From positions 1,306-65,305 of the IMG/VR virus record IMGVR_UViG_3300050821_003357: 64,000 nucleotides of DNA, one strand, 5' to 3'. The position numbers and the translations under genes were made by a program. This document shows positions 37,075 through 47,081 of this stretch, piece after piece (the stretch's first letter is position 1; every line of letters starts with the position of its first letter). The notes beneath the pieces were generated by a model. It had not been told where the DNA came from. It ran no database searches and worked only from the letters and a program-made list of their open reading frames with translations. The DNA comes from a virus (taxonomy: Duplodnaviria > Caudoviricetes).

Positions 37075-37271
37075 CGCCTCCGTGCCGTAGGGCCGCCACA
37101 TACCCAATCGATGAGCCGTAGCACGATCCAGGGGATGCCGAATAAGACGAACAGCGCATTTGGATCGGACAGCATACCTGCAATTGCCTCGCGACCATTC
37201 AGGCAGAAGAAGAATAGAGAAAGAAGAGCCGCCCAGAAAATGGCGATGCGGTCGGCCCAAATAAGTTTCAT
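36906..37271 (-). CDS. 2-TM membrane protein (moron)
   Basis: Antisense to late operon; two hydrophobic helices; 3' end overlaps ejection gene. Confidence 0.55.
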   Translation of the reverse strand: MKLIWADRIAIFWAALLSLFFFCLNGREAIAGMLSDPNALFVLFGIPWIVLRLIDWVCGGPTARRRYAPPRARNWASDGVMGTDAGDPAGTGARGMGCGAGTNAGTRRYALLLPKAGVGED

Positions 37272-37531
37272 TGGCAATAGATATAGTTGCCGAACGGCTG
37301 ACACGTCACGGTCCTACCGTTGGGAATATAGCTTTGCGGATACTGGCCGCTGTAGGAAGGCTGATAGGTCTGGGCCGGATAGCCATGCTGCATGTTGTAG
37401 CGCTGCGCCTGGCCGTTCTGGTAGCCCTGAGAAAACGCGCCGAGTCCAGTGAGTGCCGTTATCCATCCTTGGGCATGGGCGGCTGATGTGACGAGGCAAA
37501 GACCAAATACGGCGGCGGCTGTGTACTTCAT
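37268..37531 (-). CDS. small exported protein (moron)
   Basis: Signal ..SAAHA/Q; ends TCQPFGNYIYCQ; upstream TTGACG promoter-like site near 37558-37584. Confidence 0.65.
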   Translation of the reverse strand: MKYTAAAVFGLCLVTSAAHAQGWITALTGLGAFSQGYQNGQAQRYNMQHGYPAQTYQPSYSGQYPQSYIPNGRTVTCQPFGNYIYCQ

Positions 37532-37611
37532 GAGAAGGTTTCCTACGGTTCACCCGTAAGTAGCACGGCGAATCGGTTCGTCAATCCGTCCAAATCAGGA
37601 ACAGAGATGAA

Positions 37612-37980
37612 ATGATGTTGCGCGCGCTGCTCGCGGCCTGCGTCCTGCTGATGTCGCCCGTCGCCGATGCGGCGCAACTCTACGGTCCCGCATCTAATTG
37701 TTCGGGCGCCATCGGGGTAACGCCGGCAAATATCACTTTCCCGACATCGGGAACGGGAGCGACCGCGCCGGCCGATTATCTGCTCATTCAGAACAATTCG
37801 ATCAACGGCCAGGTCATCTGGATCAATGATTTGGGCAGCGTAGCGACGACGGCCCCGCCGTCCATTCAGTTGGTTCCGACCGCCAGCGTGACCTATTCAT
37901 CGGCATATTATCCGATGCCGCCATCGATCTCGATAGTCGCCTCTGCCGCAGGCGCTGTTTATACCTGTCATTACAAATGA
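37612..37980 (+). CDS. exported virion-like beta protein
   Basis: Signal ..PVADA/A; YLLIQNNS. Confidence 0.75.
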   Translation: MMLRALLAACVLLMSPVADAAQLYGPASNCSGAIGVTPANITFPTSGTGATAPADYLLIQNNSINGQVIWINDLGSVATTAPPSIQLVPTASVTYSSAYYPMPPSISIVASAAGAVYTCHYK

Positions 37981-38906
37981 AGGTTTGGGTTCTGGTGGTC
38001 GCCCTGCTGTTGATAGGGACGCCCGCCAAGGCTCAGCTCAATTCGCAGATTTCCGGAAGCGGCTCAATAAACGGCTTAGTATCGGGAACAGGATTAGCGC
38101 CCGGTGCTGCGGCTTTCAATCTGGGGCCAGTTACAGGCGATCTCGCCGGGACATGGCCTAACCTCGGTCTAGCCGTTGGCTCGGCCTCCCGCAGCGTCGG
38201 CAATCTCGGTGTCTGTCTCGGGGGCACATTACCCAATCCGACCTCGCTGGCGGCATCGTGCGTGCTCGGTGCTCTCGGGACGCCAGCGGGAGACCTTGGG
38301 GGCGCTACTTATTCGGCACCGCTCGTCACTGGCTTGCAGGGCTTTCCGATAGCGTCAGGGATACCCCCTACGCTCAATAGCGCTCTGACGTGGAACGGAT
38401 CCAACTATGTGCCGGTCGTACAGGCGCCGGGCATCAACCAGCTCACTGGCGCAATCTCTGCGGGGCCTGGCACGGGAGCGCAAGCCTCGTCTCTCAATGC
38501 TGGGGTGGTGACTAACCAGAACCTCGCCCAGGCCCCGGCAACAACGTTCAAATGTAATGCGGGAGCCGGACCGGCGACACCGACCGATTGCCCAGTAACA
38601 GGCGGCATCGCCTTTATGGGTGGCGCCCTTCAGCTCGCTTCCAACTTGGGCACCTCGCAACAAACAACCGTGGGATCGAGCTGCTGGACGATCCAAAACG
38701 GCATCGTCTCATCGATCGTCTCGGGGAGCTGTTCGTCCGGCGTCGTACTGACGGCCGACGATGGCGTTACGCCTCTGACTGCGGATGACGCCGCCACTCA
38801 GCTTACCGCTGACGGCGGCACTCCCGGAAGCGCGTGCGGTGCATTGCAGGCCAAATTCACCGTCCCATGCAATGCGGCAATAGTGATGAATTTTCGAGGA
38901 CTCTAA
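37977..38906 (+). CDS. exported tail-fibre-like protein
   Basis: Signal ..TPAKA/Q; GDL.GT.PNP fibre repeats; LTADD x3. Confidence 0.75.
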   Translation: MKVWVLVVALLLIGTPAKAQLNSQISGSGSINGLVSGTGLAPGAAAFNLGPVTGDLAGTWPNLGLAVGSASRSVGNLGVCLGGTLPNPTSLAASCVLGALGTPAGDLGGATYSAPLVTGLQGFPIASGIPPTLNSALTWNGSNYVPVVQAPGINQLTGAISAGPGTGAQASSLNAGVVTNQNLAQAPATTFKCNAGAGPATPTDCPVTGGIAFMGGALQLASNLGTSQQTTVGSSCWTIQNGIVSSIVSGSCSSGVVLTADDGVTPLTADDAATQLTADGGTPGSACGALQAKFTVPCNAAIVMNFRGL

Positions 38907-39823
38907 TGATGAGAACGCTTTTCCGCTCTTTGGTTGCGAGCTTGATGTTGCTAGCGCCAAGCGCAGCTATAGCGGGAACCTGCAATCCATTTCCGATGCT
39001 CGATGCAAGCGGTGTCGGCAACGTCAATTTCAAGACCGCTACTGACGGCAGTTCCAACTGTTTCGGCTTCACAGGCTTAGTCGACAGCACGGGCGCAAAC
39101 GCCATTCCTGCGGTCGCGGCGCTGGCGGACGCCACAGCTAATCCGACCGATGCGCTCTTCGGTAGCCTGAATTTCGGCTACAACGGCACGACTTGGGATC
39201 GCTTACGGACAGTCGGCACCGGCGTCCTCAAAACCGATATGTCCTCGATTGCCGCCACAGCGACGGCGACCGGGCACGGTGTATCCGGAGCTGGCGTGCA
39301 GCGCGTGGAACTGCCGACCGATGGAACCGGCGTGGTCGGCCTCAATGCCGGCGCGAATACTATCGGCAATGTGGGGCTCGTAGCTGGCTCCGCACTCGTC
39401 GGTAAGGTCGGCATTGATCAGACGACGCCCGGCACGACCAATGCCGTTCAAGCCATCGCAGGTTCGACTGGTGGAACGAGCGTCTTTTCCAAGATTGTCG
39501 CCAACAACACCACGTCATTCGCCGTCGACGCCTCAGCAGGCACGCTCTACGCCATCTCGGCCTTCTCAATCAGCAACACCACTCCCGCTTTCGTGAAAAC
39601 GTTCAATACCGCACAGGGATCTGTGACGTGCGGGACCACTACGCCAGTCGATCGCATGGTCATCCCGGCAAACCAGACGCAAGGCGCCGGCTTTATCTGG
39701 AGTGTGCCGGTCGGCGTGGCCTATGGCACTGCCATTACAGCGTGCGTGACCGGGGGCATTGCGGATGCCGACACAACTGCTCCAGCGGCCAGTACGTTCC
39801 TAGTCTCCTTCTACTACAAATAG
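38906..39823 (+). CDS. exported fibre-like protein
   Basis: Signal ..SAAIA/G; YNGTTWDRLR, IGKVGIDQTTPGTTN-type motif. Confidence 0.75.
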   Translation: MMRTLFRSLVASLMLLAPSAAIAGTCNPFPMLDASGVGNVNFKTATDGSSNCFGFTGLVDSTGANAIPAVAALADATANPTDALFGSLNFGYNGTTWDRLRTVGTGVLKTDMSSIAATATATGHGVSGAGVQRVELPTDGTGVVGLNAGANTIGNVGLVAGSALVGKVGIDQTTPGTTNAVQAIAGSTGGTSVFSKIVANNTTSFAVDASAGTLYAISAFSISNTTPAFVKTFNTAQGSVTCGTTTPVDRMVIPANQTQGAGFIWSVPVGVAYGTAITACVTGGIADADTTAPAASTFLVSFYYK

Positions 39824-39833
39824 CGAGGAAGAA

Positions 39834-40109
39834 ATGAAACCTCTCCTGACAGTTGCGGCGGCGCTATTGTTTTGCGCTGCTGCGCATGCCGGACCCGTCA
39901 GCAAGCCGTGCAATCCCTGCGGCGACGATGTCGTGGCGGGGATGATTGAGGATCTTCAGCAATTCGGGTGGTGGCAGATGGTCCCAAACGGTGACGACCC
40001 AAACGATGAAACATACAGGAAATTCATCATTGGTGCCTTGTTCAGTCTGCGGTCGCGCGTGCCGCCCGGCAAATTCGAATACGTCATCAAGCAGTTGGAT
40101 GGTGAATAA
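39834..40109 (+). CDS. small exported protein
   Basis: Signal ..AAAHA/G. Confidence 0.6.
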   Translation: MKPLLTVAAALLFCAAAHAGPVSKPCNPCGDDVVAGMIEDLQQFGWWQMVPNGDDPNDETYRKFIIGALFSLRSRVPPGKFEYVIKQLDGE

Positions 40110-40582
40110 TGAAGACTTTAGCGGCCATTCTGGCTTTCTGCGTCGCCCTCTCCGCTGGAGCGCATGCTCAGCAGGTCACGACACAAGTTCTGAATCTCGG
40201 CCCAGTCGCCCTTACGACAGGCTCCACGGTAACAGTTCCGCCAACCGGCGGGGCTTCAGCAAACGGGTACACCGCGATCCAGCTAACGTTGCAGCTTCCG
40301 CTTGCTGACAAGCTGGCTGTGGGAAACACCCTCTCTCTGGAGGCGGACGTTTCCACGGATGGTGGTGCTACCTTCAATTATGTGGCCTCGACGAGTTGGA
40401 CTTCCTATGGCCCGGCCGGCGTTACGCTTCACTTACCGGGCGGCCGAACCATAGTCAATCCAGATCCGTTTTTGGGAATTGGCGTTGGTGTGAACGGGAT
40501 AACCACCTCGCTTTATCGGATTAAGTATCAAACGAATAATCTGACTACGGCTACGCCAATCGTGACGGGGTTCAAAGACTGA
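40109..40582 (+). CDS. exported beta-rich protein
   Basis: Signal ..AGAHA/Q; STDGGATF Asp-box-like motif. Confidence 0.72.
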   Translation: MKTLAAILAFCVALSAGAHAQQVTTQVLNLGPVALTTGSTVTVPPTGGASANGYTAIQLTLQLPLADKLAVGNTLSLEADVSTDGGATFNYVASTSWTSYGPAGVTLHLPGGRTIVNPDPFLGIGVGVNGITTSLYRIKYQTNNLTTATPIVTGFKD

Positions 40583-41301
40583 TGTTTCGCCGAGTATTTA
40601 TTGGCCTCTTACTAGCGGGACTCTGTAGTGGGGCGCATGCTGCGAACATTGTCTTTTCCGGCGCGGCGGATTTGGGAAATGCAGGTGGTCCGATCTCTAC
40701 ATCTTATACCGTTGGAACTGGCCAAAACAGAATATTGGTGCTTTGCGCGCTAGACGATACCGCTCACGGCCACACCGCTACGTATGGCGGCGTAGCCCTG
40801 ACTGGTCCGGTCGCTGTAGATGCTAACCAAGCTCAGGAGCTGTATTATCTGCTAAATCCGGCTTCGGGGTCCAATACATTGACTTTTACGGACAATGTAT
40901 CAGGAATCAGTTTCAATCAAGTAATTGTAGCTGACTACTATAACGTTAAGCAAACAGGACAGCCTGACGGAACGGGCTTTGCAGACGACACAGGGACCAA
41001 CGACACGTTTTCGGGCGGCTTCACGACAACGCAGGCCGGGGCGTCGGTGGTCGCATGCGCAAGCAACTCCGGCAATGGCACGGCACCTACAGTCAGCGGG
41101 GTAAATTTCACGCTGCGAACCTACGCCGCACAATTCGGCGACACACTGATAGCTGATCACGGTTCAAAAGCCCCAGCCGGGGGGGTGACACTAACAGCGA
41201 CAATCCACAACGGCGGCTTTAAGCAAGGCCAGTCGTTTCTTTCTCTTATCCCCGTTCCCAGTGGCGGCTCGCTCATGATGACCGGAGTAGGCAATCAATG
41301 A
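40582..41301 (+). CDS. exported beta-sandwich virion-like protein
   Basis: Signal ..SGAHA/A; TYGGVALT, YYLLNPASGSNT; tail LMMTGVG. Confidence 0.72.
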   Translation: MFRRVFIGLLLAGLCSGAHAANIVFSGAADLGNAGGPISTSYTVGTGQNRILVLCALDDTAHGHTATYGGVALTGPVAVDANQAQELYYLLNPASGSNTLTFTDNVSGISFNQVIVADYYNVKQTGQPDGTGFADDTGTNDTFSGGFTTTQAGASVVACASNSGNGTAPTVSGVNFTLRTYAAQFGDTLIADHGSKAPAGGVTLTATIHNGGFKQGQSFLSLIPVPSGGSLMMTGVGNQ

Positions 41302-42215
41302 ACATGCGTGGACTCTTCATAGCGACGGCGGTTGCTACGGTCGGTGTGGGTATCCCGCTGGTGGAGGCTACCGAGGATTTCAAGACATTCTTCGGTGGAT
41401 TGACTAGCGCATCTACGCCGCTCGGGTCCGGAGATGGGGTTATCGTCCTGCAAGGCGGGGCCGACAAAAAGATCCCAGGCAACTCCCTAGTCACTCTTTC
41501 AGATTCTCAAACCCTTACGAACAAAACAATTCCGTCCAGCAATAACATTACGGTCAACGCGGCGACCCAGCTTATTAACCAAGTGCAGCCCGGCAATGGC
41601 GGGCTGGGCATAGCCTCTGGCCCAGTGGGTGGGGGTGCCGTATTATGTAATACCGCGACAACCACCTACGCCTTCTCCTCAGTCCTAACTGCCAACCTTC
41701 CGGTGATCGGCGGCGGCGCGGGGGCGTGTCCCGGCCTCGGATCGGTAACAGGCAACACATCCAAGTTCGTCACCAATACCGGTGCGAACACGACGGGGCA
41801 GGGCGGCAGTTGGGATGCCAATGGAAATTGGGTCAACAACGCAAATGCGGTCTTTACCAATGTCGCGCAGTCCTTTACCGCGCAGCAAACCTTTGCCTCG
41901 ACGATCGGCACGCAAAACAATCAGTCAGGTACGACTTACACGCTGGCGTCGACCGACTGCGGCAAGACGGTATACTTCACGTCGTCTAGTCCGATAACGG
42001 TTACGTTACCAGCCACCCCGCCCGTTCCATGCACAGCGCAACTCGAACAGGGCGGCGCGGGGCAGATAACTACTATTCCGGCGGTGGGCGCGACTGGGCC
42101 GAGCAATCCGCATGGATTCACCAAAACCTTTGGGCAATACGCCGTCATCACTGTGTTTGTCGATACCAACTCAGGCACCAATGGGCACTGGATTCTGACG
42201 GGTGACGGCGCATGA
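41298..42215 (+). CDS. tail-fibre-like protein with hydrophobic leader
   Basis: QTLTNKTI, QSGTTYTLASTDCGK, W.LTGD terminus. Confidence 0.78.
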   Translation: MNMRGLFIATAVATVGVGIPLVEATEDFKTFFGGLTSASTPLGSGDGVIVLQGGADKKIPGNSLVTLSDSQTLTNKTIPSSNNITVNAATQLINQVQPGNGGLGIASGPVGGGAVLCNTATTTYAFSSVLTANLPVIGGGAGACPGLGSVTGNTSKFVTNTGANTTGQGGSWDANGNWVNNANAVFTNVAQSFTAQQTFASTIGTQNNQSGTTYTLASTDCGKTVYFTSSSPITVTLPATPPVPCTAQLEQGGAGQITTIPAVGATGPSNPHGFTKTFGQYAVITVFVDTNSGTNGHWILTGDGA

Positions 42216-44959
42216 GATGGCGACTGGCACTATGCCTGATCGCTTGCACATTTCCTGCCTCGGCTCAGCTTTTCAACATCGCCAGTTTCGATGCGAGGCC
42301 GGGCGAGACGACCTTCGGCAATGGCGGCCAGCCTTGGCCTATCGGCACCATCAATGCCGAGAATTACGATACGGCCGTTAAGCCGGGGATCGCCTTCAAC
42401 GTACCGAACAGCAATACCCTTCCCGCCTGTCAGGCAACCACGTATCGATCTGATGCCGCCAATCTTCAAACGTCGAGTGATGGACCGGCCTTCCAAATCG
42501 GCTGCGCTGTTACCGGGACTTGGTATCAGTATATCATCAACATTCCGACGCCATCTCCGTGCCCTTGCAAGGTGACTCCACGCCTCGGCAGCCCATCAGC
42601 GGGAGGCTCATGGGCGTTTTATATCGATGACACGCTGATTGGTGCGGTCGCTACACCGAATACCGGCAGTTATACGACCATGCAGGGCGTCGATTCCGCT
42701 CCTTTCAATCTTGCGTCAGGCAATCATACGGTGCGGTGGCAGTGGGCGAGCGGCGACGCCAACGGTTATGCCGGCTCGATGAGTTCGTTTCAATTCCCTG
42801 GCATCGGCGGTGGCCTGTTGCCGGCTGATCGTGATGCAATCGCTAATTGGAAAATGGCCGGATTGCTTTCGATTGGCGGCATTCCGAGTCGTTCATCGGT
42901 ATGTGCCACGCTAAGCCCTAGCGGCGGAGACGACGCGGCACCCATTCAGAGCGCCATCAATAGCTGCGCAGCCAATGGCGTCGTGATGCTCAACGCCGGT
43001 ACTTTCAATCTCAATAGCGCATGCGTCAATGTGAACAAGAACATCGTACTTCGAGGCGCTGGCGCAGGGCAAACGATACTGGCGGTGACCAACGGCTCGA
43101 TCCTGGGTGACTTTCACAGCAATGGTCACAATGGTTGTGTGGTCGCGGTTGGCGGCGGCGGCACAATTTCCAACACGACGAATCTCACGGGTGACGGTGT
43201 GCAAGGTGCCTTTTCGGTCAATGTTGCAAGCACCTCCGGAATCTCGATCGGTAGCCTAGTCCTCGTGGACGAACTCGGCATTGGGCAGGCGATGCCAGAT
43301 GTCGCCATGAACGGCGGCACAGGTCAAGTATGGGCCTCCCCTGATTATCGGGTGGAGTGGAACGCTCACAGTCCTGGCACCGCAGTTGATAGCTCATGCG
43401 TCTATGGAACGAACAATTTTTCGTGCGGCACGAACGGCGATGAGTGCGCCTACAGCATCCGTTGCGGCGGGGTAAATGAAGAGCTTCATTTGGTTTCCGC
43501 GATCAACGGCAATACCATTACCTTCGACTCACCACTGACGCTGTCCTATCGCACTGCCAATACGGCGCAGGTTCATGTCTACTCGCCATCGACCATTGTG
43601 CAGCAGGCCGGAATTGAGAATCTCACGATGTGGGGCGGCGACCAGGGCAATCTCACCTTTGGTGCTTGCGTTTACTGCTGGAACAAAAACATCGAGAGCT
43701 ATCAGTGGCTCAACCAAGGCGGCATCTATTTCGGCCGCGCCGCATTCCGCGATCAGGCGGACACATGCTGGGTCCACAATGCCGCGTGGCCGGTCAATGG
43801 CGGCGGCGGGTACGCGATCAACCTGACCTTTGGTGCGTCCGAGGAGTACATCACCAACTGCGTTTCGATGCTCGCCAACAAGGTTATCGTCATGCGGGCC
43901 TCGGGCGCCGGCAGCGTCGTCGCCTACAATTATATGGACGATGGATATATCAACGGGAATTCCGGCTGGGTCGAAACGGGCCTGAACTGCAGCCACTTGG
44001 TGGGCAGTCATCATGCGCTATTCGAAGGCAACCAGTCGTTCAACATCGACTCCGATTTTACACATGGGGCCAGCCCCTACTGCACCTATTTCCGTAACTA
44101 CATCACCGGAATCAGAGAGACGTTCACTGGGCTCGATGGCGTGGTACGCAACGACAGTGCCGGGTGCTGCGGCCCACAGCGGGCGCTGGCGTCGCATCCT
44201 TATACCTATTGGACCTCATTTATTGGAAACATCGCTGGAACGCCTGGAGTGACGACCGCTGGTCATGGCTGGGTTTATAGCGACAACGGCACCGGCAACG
44301 GCAATTCCGGCGCTTCGTCGATCTTGAAACTGGGATGGAACGATTTCAATCTCAATACCTCACAAGGAGGCCCTAGCCAGCCCGATAATGTGGCCAATAC
44401 AATATATCCGGCTACGCCATCTGGCGTGACCGCGTCTGGATGCTTGGCTGATGCCGATCCTTGCACGACCATCGTCGATGGGAATTACGATTACCAGACG
44501 AATTCTATCCATTGGGCCTCGAATGATATTGCGCACACCCTGCCAAATTCGTTCTATCTGACTGGGACACCGTCATTCTTTGGCTCCTCTACATGGCCGC
44601 CTGTCGATCCGATTAACGCTACCGTCTACAACATCCCGGCACATGCCCGTTGGGAGGAGTGCCAGCCGAGTCCAACGGCGGCGTGTGTATTAGCGCCAGG
44701 TTTCATGACATTGACTGTAACTCCGGCGAGTCCGTCCATTTCGTCTGGGGCGGCGCTAGGCAGCACGGTTGCCACGCTTAGCGTCACATGGTCAGACGGC
44801 CATCCCTTCTCCGGCACATTTGGATTTGCCGCGCCCAATTTCGACGATGGAGGAACCTTCGCGATCTCGGGAAGCAATGTAATCGTCAAGCCGGGCGGCA
44901 CTGGCGTCGCTAGGGATGGCGGCACAATTCAAAACATCACCGTTACGGCTACTGAATGA
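42212..44959 (+). CDS. exported multidomain protein: CBM6-like + beta-helix + cadherin/Ig-like
   Basis: Signal ..PASA/Q; INAENYD, PNTGSY, LASGNHTV; DDAAPIQSAINSC, VLRGAGAGQT; about 24 Cys. Confidence 0.8.
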   Translation: MRWRLALCLIACTFPASAQLFNIASFDARPGETTFGNGGQPWPIGTINAENYDTAVKPGIAFNVPNSNTLPACQATTYRSDAANLQTSSDGPAFQIGCAVTGTWYQYIINIPTPSPCPCKVTPRLGSPSAGGSWAFYIDDTLIGAVATPNTGSYTTMQGVDSAPFNLASGNHTVRWQWASGDANGYAGSMSSFQFPGIGGGLLPADRDAIANWKMAGLLSIGGIPSRSSVCATLSPSGGDDAAPIQSAINSCAANGVVMLNAGTFNLNSACVNVNKNIVLRGAGAGQTILAVTNGSILGDFHSNGHNGCVVAVGGGGTISNTTNLTGDGVQGAFSVNVASTSGISIGSLVLVDELGIGQAMPDVAMNGGTGQVWASPDYRVEWNAHSPGTAVDSSCVYGTNNFSCGTNGDECAYSIRCGGVNEELHLVSAINGNTITFDSPLTLSYRTANTAQVHVYSPSTIVQQAGIENLTMWGGDQGNLTFGACVYCWNKNIESYQWLNQGGIYFGRAAFRDQADTCWVHNAAWPVNGGGGYAINLTFGASEEYITNCVSMLANKVIVMRASGAGSVVAYNYMDDGYINGNSGWVETGLNCSHLVGSHHALFEGNQSFNIDSDFTHGASPYCTYFRNYITGIRETFTGLDGVVRNDSAGCCGPQRALASHPYTYWTSFIGNIAGTPGVTTAGHGWVYSDNGTGNGNSGASSILKLGWNDFNLNTSQGGPSQPDNVANTIYPATPSGVTASGCLADADPCTTIVDGNYDYQTNSIHWASNDIAHTLPNSFYLTGTPSFFGSSTWPPVDPINATVYNIPAHARWEECQPSPTAACVLAPGFMTLTVTPASPSISSGAALGSTVATLSVTWSDGHPFSGTFGFAAPNFDDGGTFAISGSNVIVKPGGTGVARDGGTIQNITVTATE

Positions 44960-46461
44960 GGGCGTTCCTTGCTCTTGTGGCGGCGGTTCTATTGTCGGGC
45001 GGCCTTCTCGTAGCGGTCGGCGTGCATGGCCAACTGCTCAATCTCACCCATTCGAGCAAGACAGCCGAGCAGAGCTTTGGAAACGGCTCCCCCAGCCAGC
45101 CATGGCCGAGCACATCGACAATTAACGCCATCAACTACGACATTGGCGGCTCAGGCATTGGCTACATCAGCCCCGTCACAGGCTGCCTCAATTCCAGCTC
45201 ATATCGACCTGACACGGTAAACTTCAAAACCTCTACCGCTGGAGCGCCATATGTGCTGGGCTGCAGCACTCCGGGTATCGCATATAAATACACGATCAAC
45301 ATTACCGGAACCGGCCCATTCACGATAACGGCGAATCTTGCCGATACGTCGGCGGGAGGATCGTGGGGCGTATCAATGGACGGAACCTCTATAGGTTCGA
45401 TAGCTACGCCCAACACCGCAAGTTTCACCACATTCCAAGGCGGTACGTTATCGGCTCCGTTCAATGCGACGGCGGGGAACCACACGCTGCAATTTACCTC
45501 GCTGGGCGGGGATGCATTGTTCAATGGCTCAGGTGACTTCCTGTCATTCCAAGTATCGCAGGCTACCGGTGGCGGCGGCATCGCCTGCAATATCGGCCCA
45601 AACTATACCGGAACCATTCCGGCGGGAGCTGTGGCTGCCGGGTTTACCCATTGCGCCGCGAATTTCGATTTCGGGCAAGCGCAGTTTAGCAATCCTGCGA
45701 ATTGGCTGGACTGCGCGGGCGCTTCGACACCGATATTTTTCTTTAATAACCAAAGCGGGTCTGCCCCATGTGGTAGCGCCGTGTCTGTAGTGACAGATAG
45801 CAGCGGCGGCGGCCAAAAGGCTCTTGATATGCACTGGGATCCATCGTGGCAACCATTTAGTGAGATAGACCCGGAGCAGTTGTTTCCAGAGGGGGTGTAT
45901 ATCGACTGGATTATGAGATATTCTTCATCGTATTTAACTGCGAATAGCCTTGAGACGCTAATCGGCAGCATCTACTCGGAAAGTGGCAACTGTTGCACAG
46001 TTAATGCGTATGAGTGGGATCTTGACGAGCAGGCCATCAAACCAAGCCAACCGAGTCTTACATTTGGGTACACAGCAACCCACCCGGTCCAATGGCCGCT
46101 GTTGATAGTCCCAAACGGAGTGCCCGTAGCATTCAACACAATCAGCAATTTTAATCCCACGATCTATCAAAATTACGGCGTCAGGATCACGACCGATGGG
46201 AATATCGCATGGTCAATGTGTAATTATTGGAACGGTCAATTTGAGAGCTGCGACAATTGGAATGCGCCTTGGCAAATCGCGGCAGCAGATCAGCTCAATC
46301 GATGGAAGATCCAGGTTGGCCCCCTTTCGTCTACGTTAAACAACGGGACTGCGTATGACGCGTTTTGGCAAAGAGTGACCTTCTGGACCTGCCCCGCATG
46401 GAGCCCTTCGAGCCAGCTTACCCAGTGTAATAACAATCCTACCAAGTCGGGGGCGCCGTGA
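44956..46461 (+). CDS. exported CBM6-like + beta-jellyroll (GH16-like) protein
   Basis: Leader ..GVHG/Q; INAINYDIGGSG, AGNHTLQF; EWDLDE resembles the GH16 ExDxxE motif. Confidence 0.7.
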   Translation: MRAFLALVAAVLLSGGLLVAVGVHGQLLNLTHSSKTAEQSFGNGSPSQPWPSTSTINAINYDIGGSGIGYISPVTGCLNSSSYRPDTVNFKTSTAGAPYVLGCSTPGIAYKYTINITGTGPFTITANLADTSAGGSWGVSMDGTSIGSIATPNTASFTTFQGGTLSAPFNATAGNHTLQFTSLGGDALFNGSGDFLSFQVSQATGGGGIACNIGPNYTGTIPAGAVAAGFTHCAANFDFGQAQFSNPANWLDCAGASTPIFFFNNQSGSAPCGSAVSVVTDSSGGGQKALDMHWDPSWQPFSEIDPEQLFPEGVYIDWIMRYSSSYLTANSLETLIGSIYSESGNCCTVNAYEWDLDEQAIKPSQPSLTFGYTATHPVQWPLLIVPNGVPVAFNTISNFNPTIYQNYGVRITTDGNIAWSMCNYWNGQFESCDNWNAPWQIAAADQLNRWKIQVGPLSSTLNNGTAYDAFWQRVTFWTCPAWSPSSQLTQCNNNPTKSGAP

Positions 46462-47081
46462 CTTGGCAGCAAGCGGGATTTGGGCTGTTTGCCGTCGCGA
46501 TCATCTGTGAGCAAGCGCATGTCGCCTCCCCTATCGTTCTAGCGTGGTCGCATCCGAAACTTCGGCAGGTAGCCTTGTCGCAGCCGATTGAGAGCCTACT
46601 GTTGCCAGCGCTTGCGATCGTCGGGGCATTGCTCAGCCCGTTCTGGCTGATCTTTTGGGTTTACTACGTTTGGAATATCTATCACTTCGGCGCGCAGCAC
46701 TACGGCGTCGCCTGCCTCATCGGCTGGCGTGTTCCGCGCTGGGTATGTGTTGGCGGCACAGCCGTGCTCATGGCCGGCGTACCGATGCTAACCGATGCCA
46801 CATGGTGGCGCTGGCTTGCGCTGGTGGCGCTCGACTTCAACCATTGGCTCGTCGATCTCAGTCTGTCGAGCCGTGTGTCGCGATGCTGGTGGCTCTTTCT
46901 TGCGGCTGTTCTGGGGCTCGGCTGCATCGGATTTGCATGGAAGATCCCGCGCGCGGATCACATCGCGACCCTTGCCTTACCGATCGTGATCAAGGCGCGC
47001 TGGGGCGTCGGAATTGCTCACTTTCTCTATAGCCGCTGGGTCTGGAAGCGCGATGCTGCGTTCGGATGGATCGCACGATGA
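46458..47081 (+). CDS. multi-TM His-motif membrane protein
   Basis: QAH, WNIYHFGAQHYGV, FNHW, AHFLY..WVWK. Confidence 0.7.
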   Translation: MTWQQAGFGLFAVAIICEQAHVASPIVLAWSHPKLRQVALSQPIESLLLPALAIVGALLSPFWLIFWVYYVWNIYHFGAQHYGVACLIGWRVPRWVCVGGTAVLMAGVPMLTDATWWRWLALVALDFNHWLVDLSLSSRVSRCWWLFLAAVLGLGCIGFAWKIPRADHIATLALPIVIKARWGVGIAHFLYSRWVWKRDAAFGWIAR

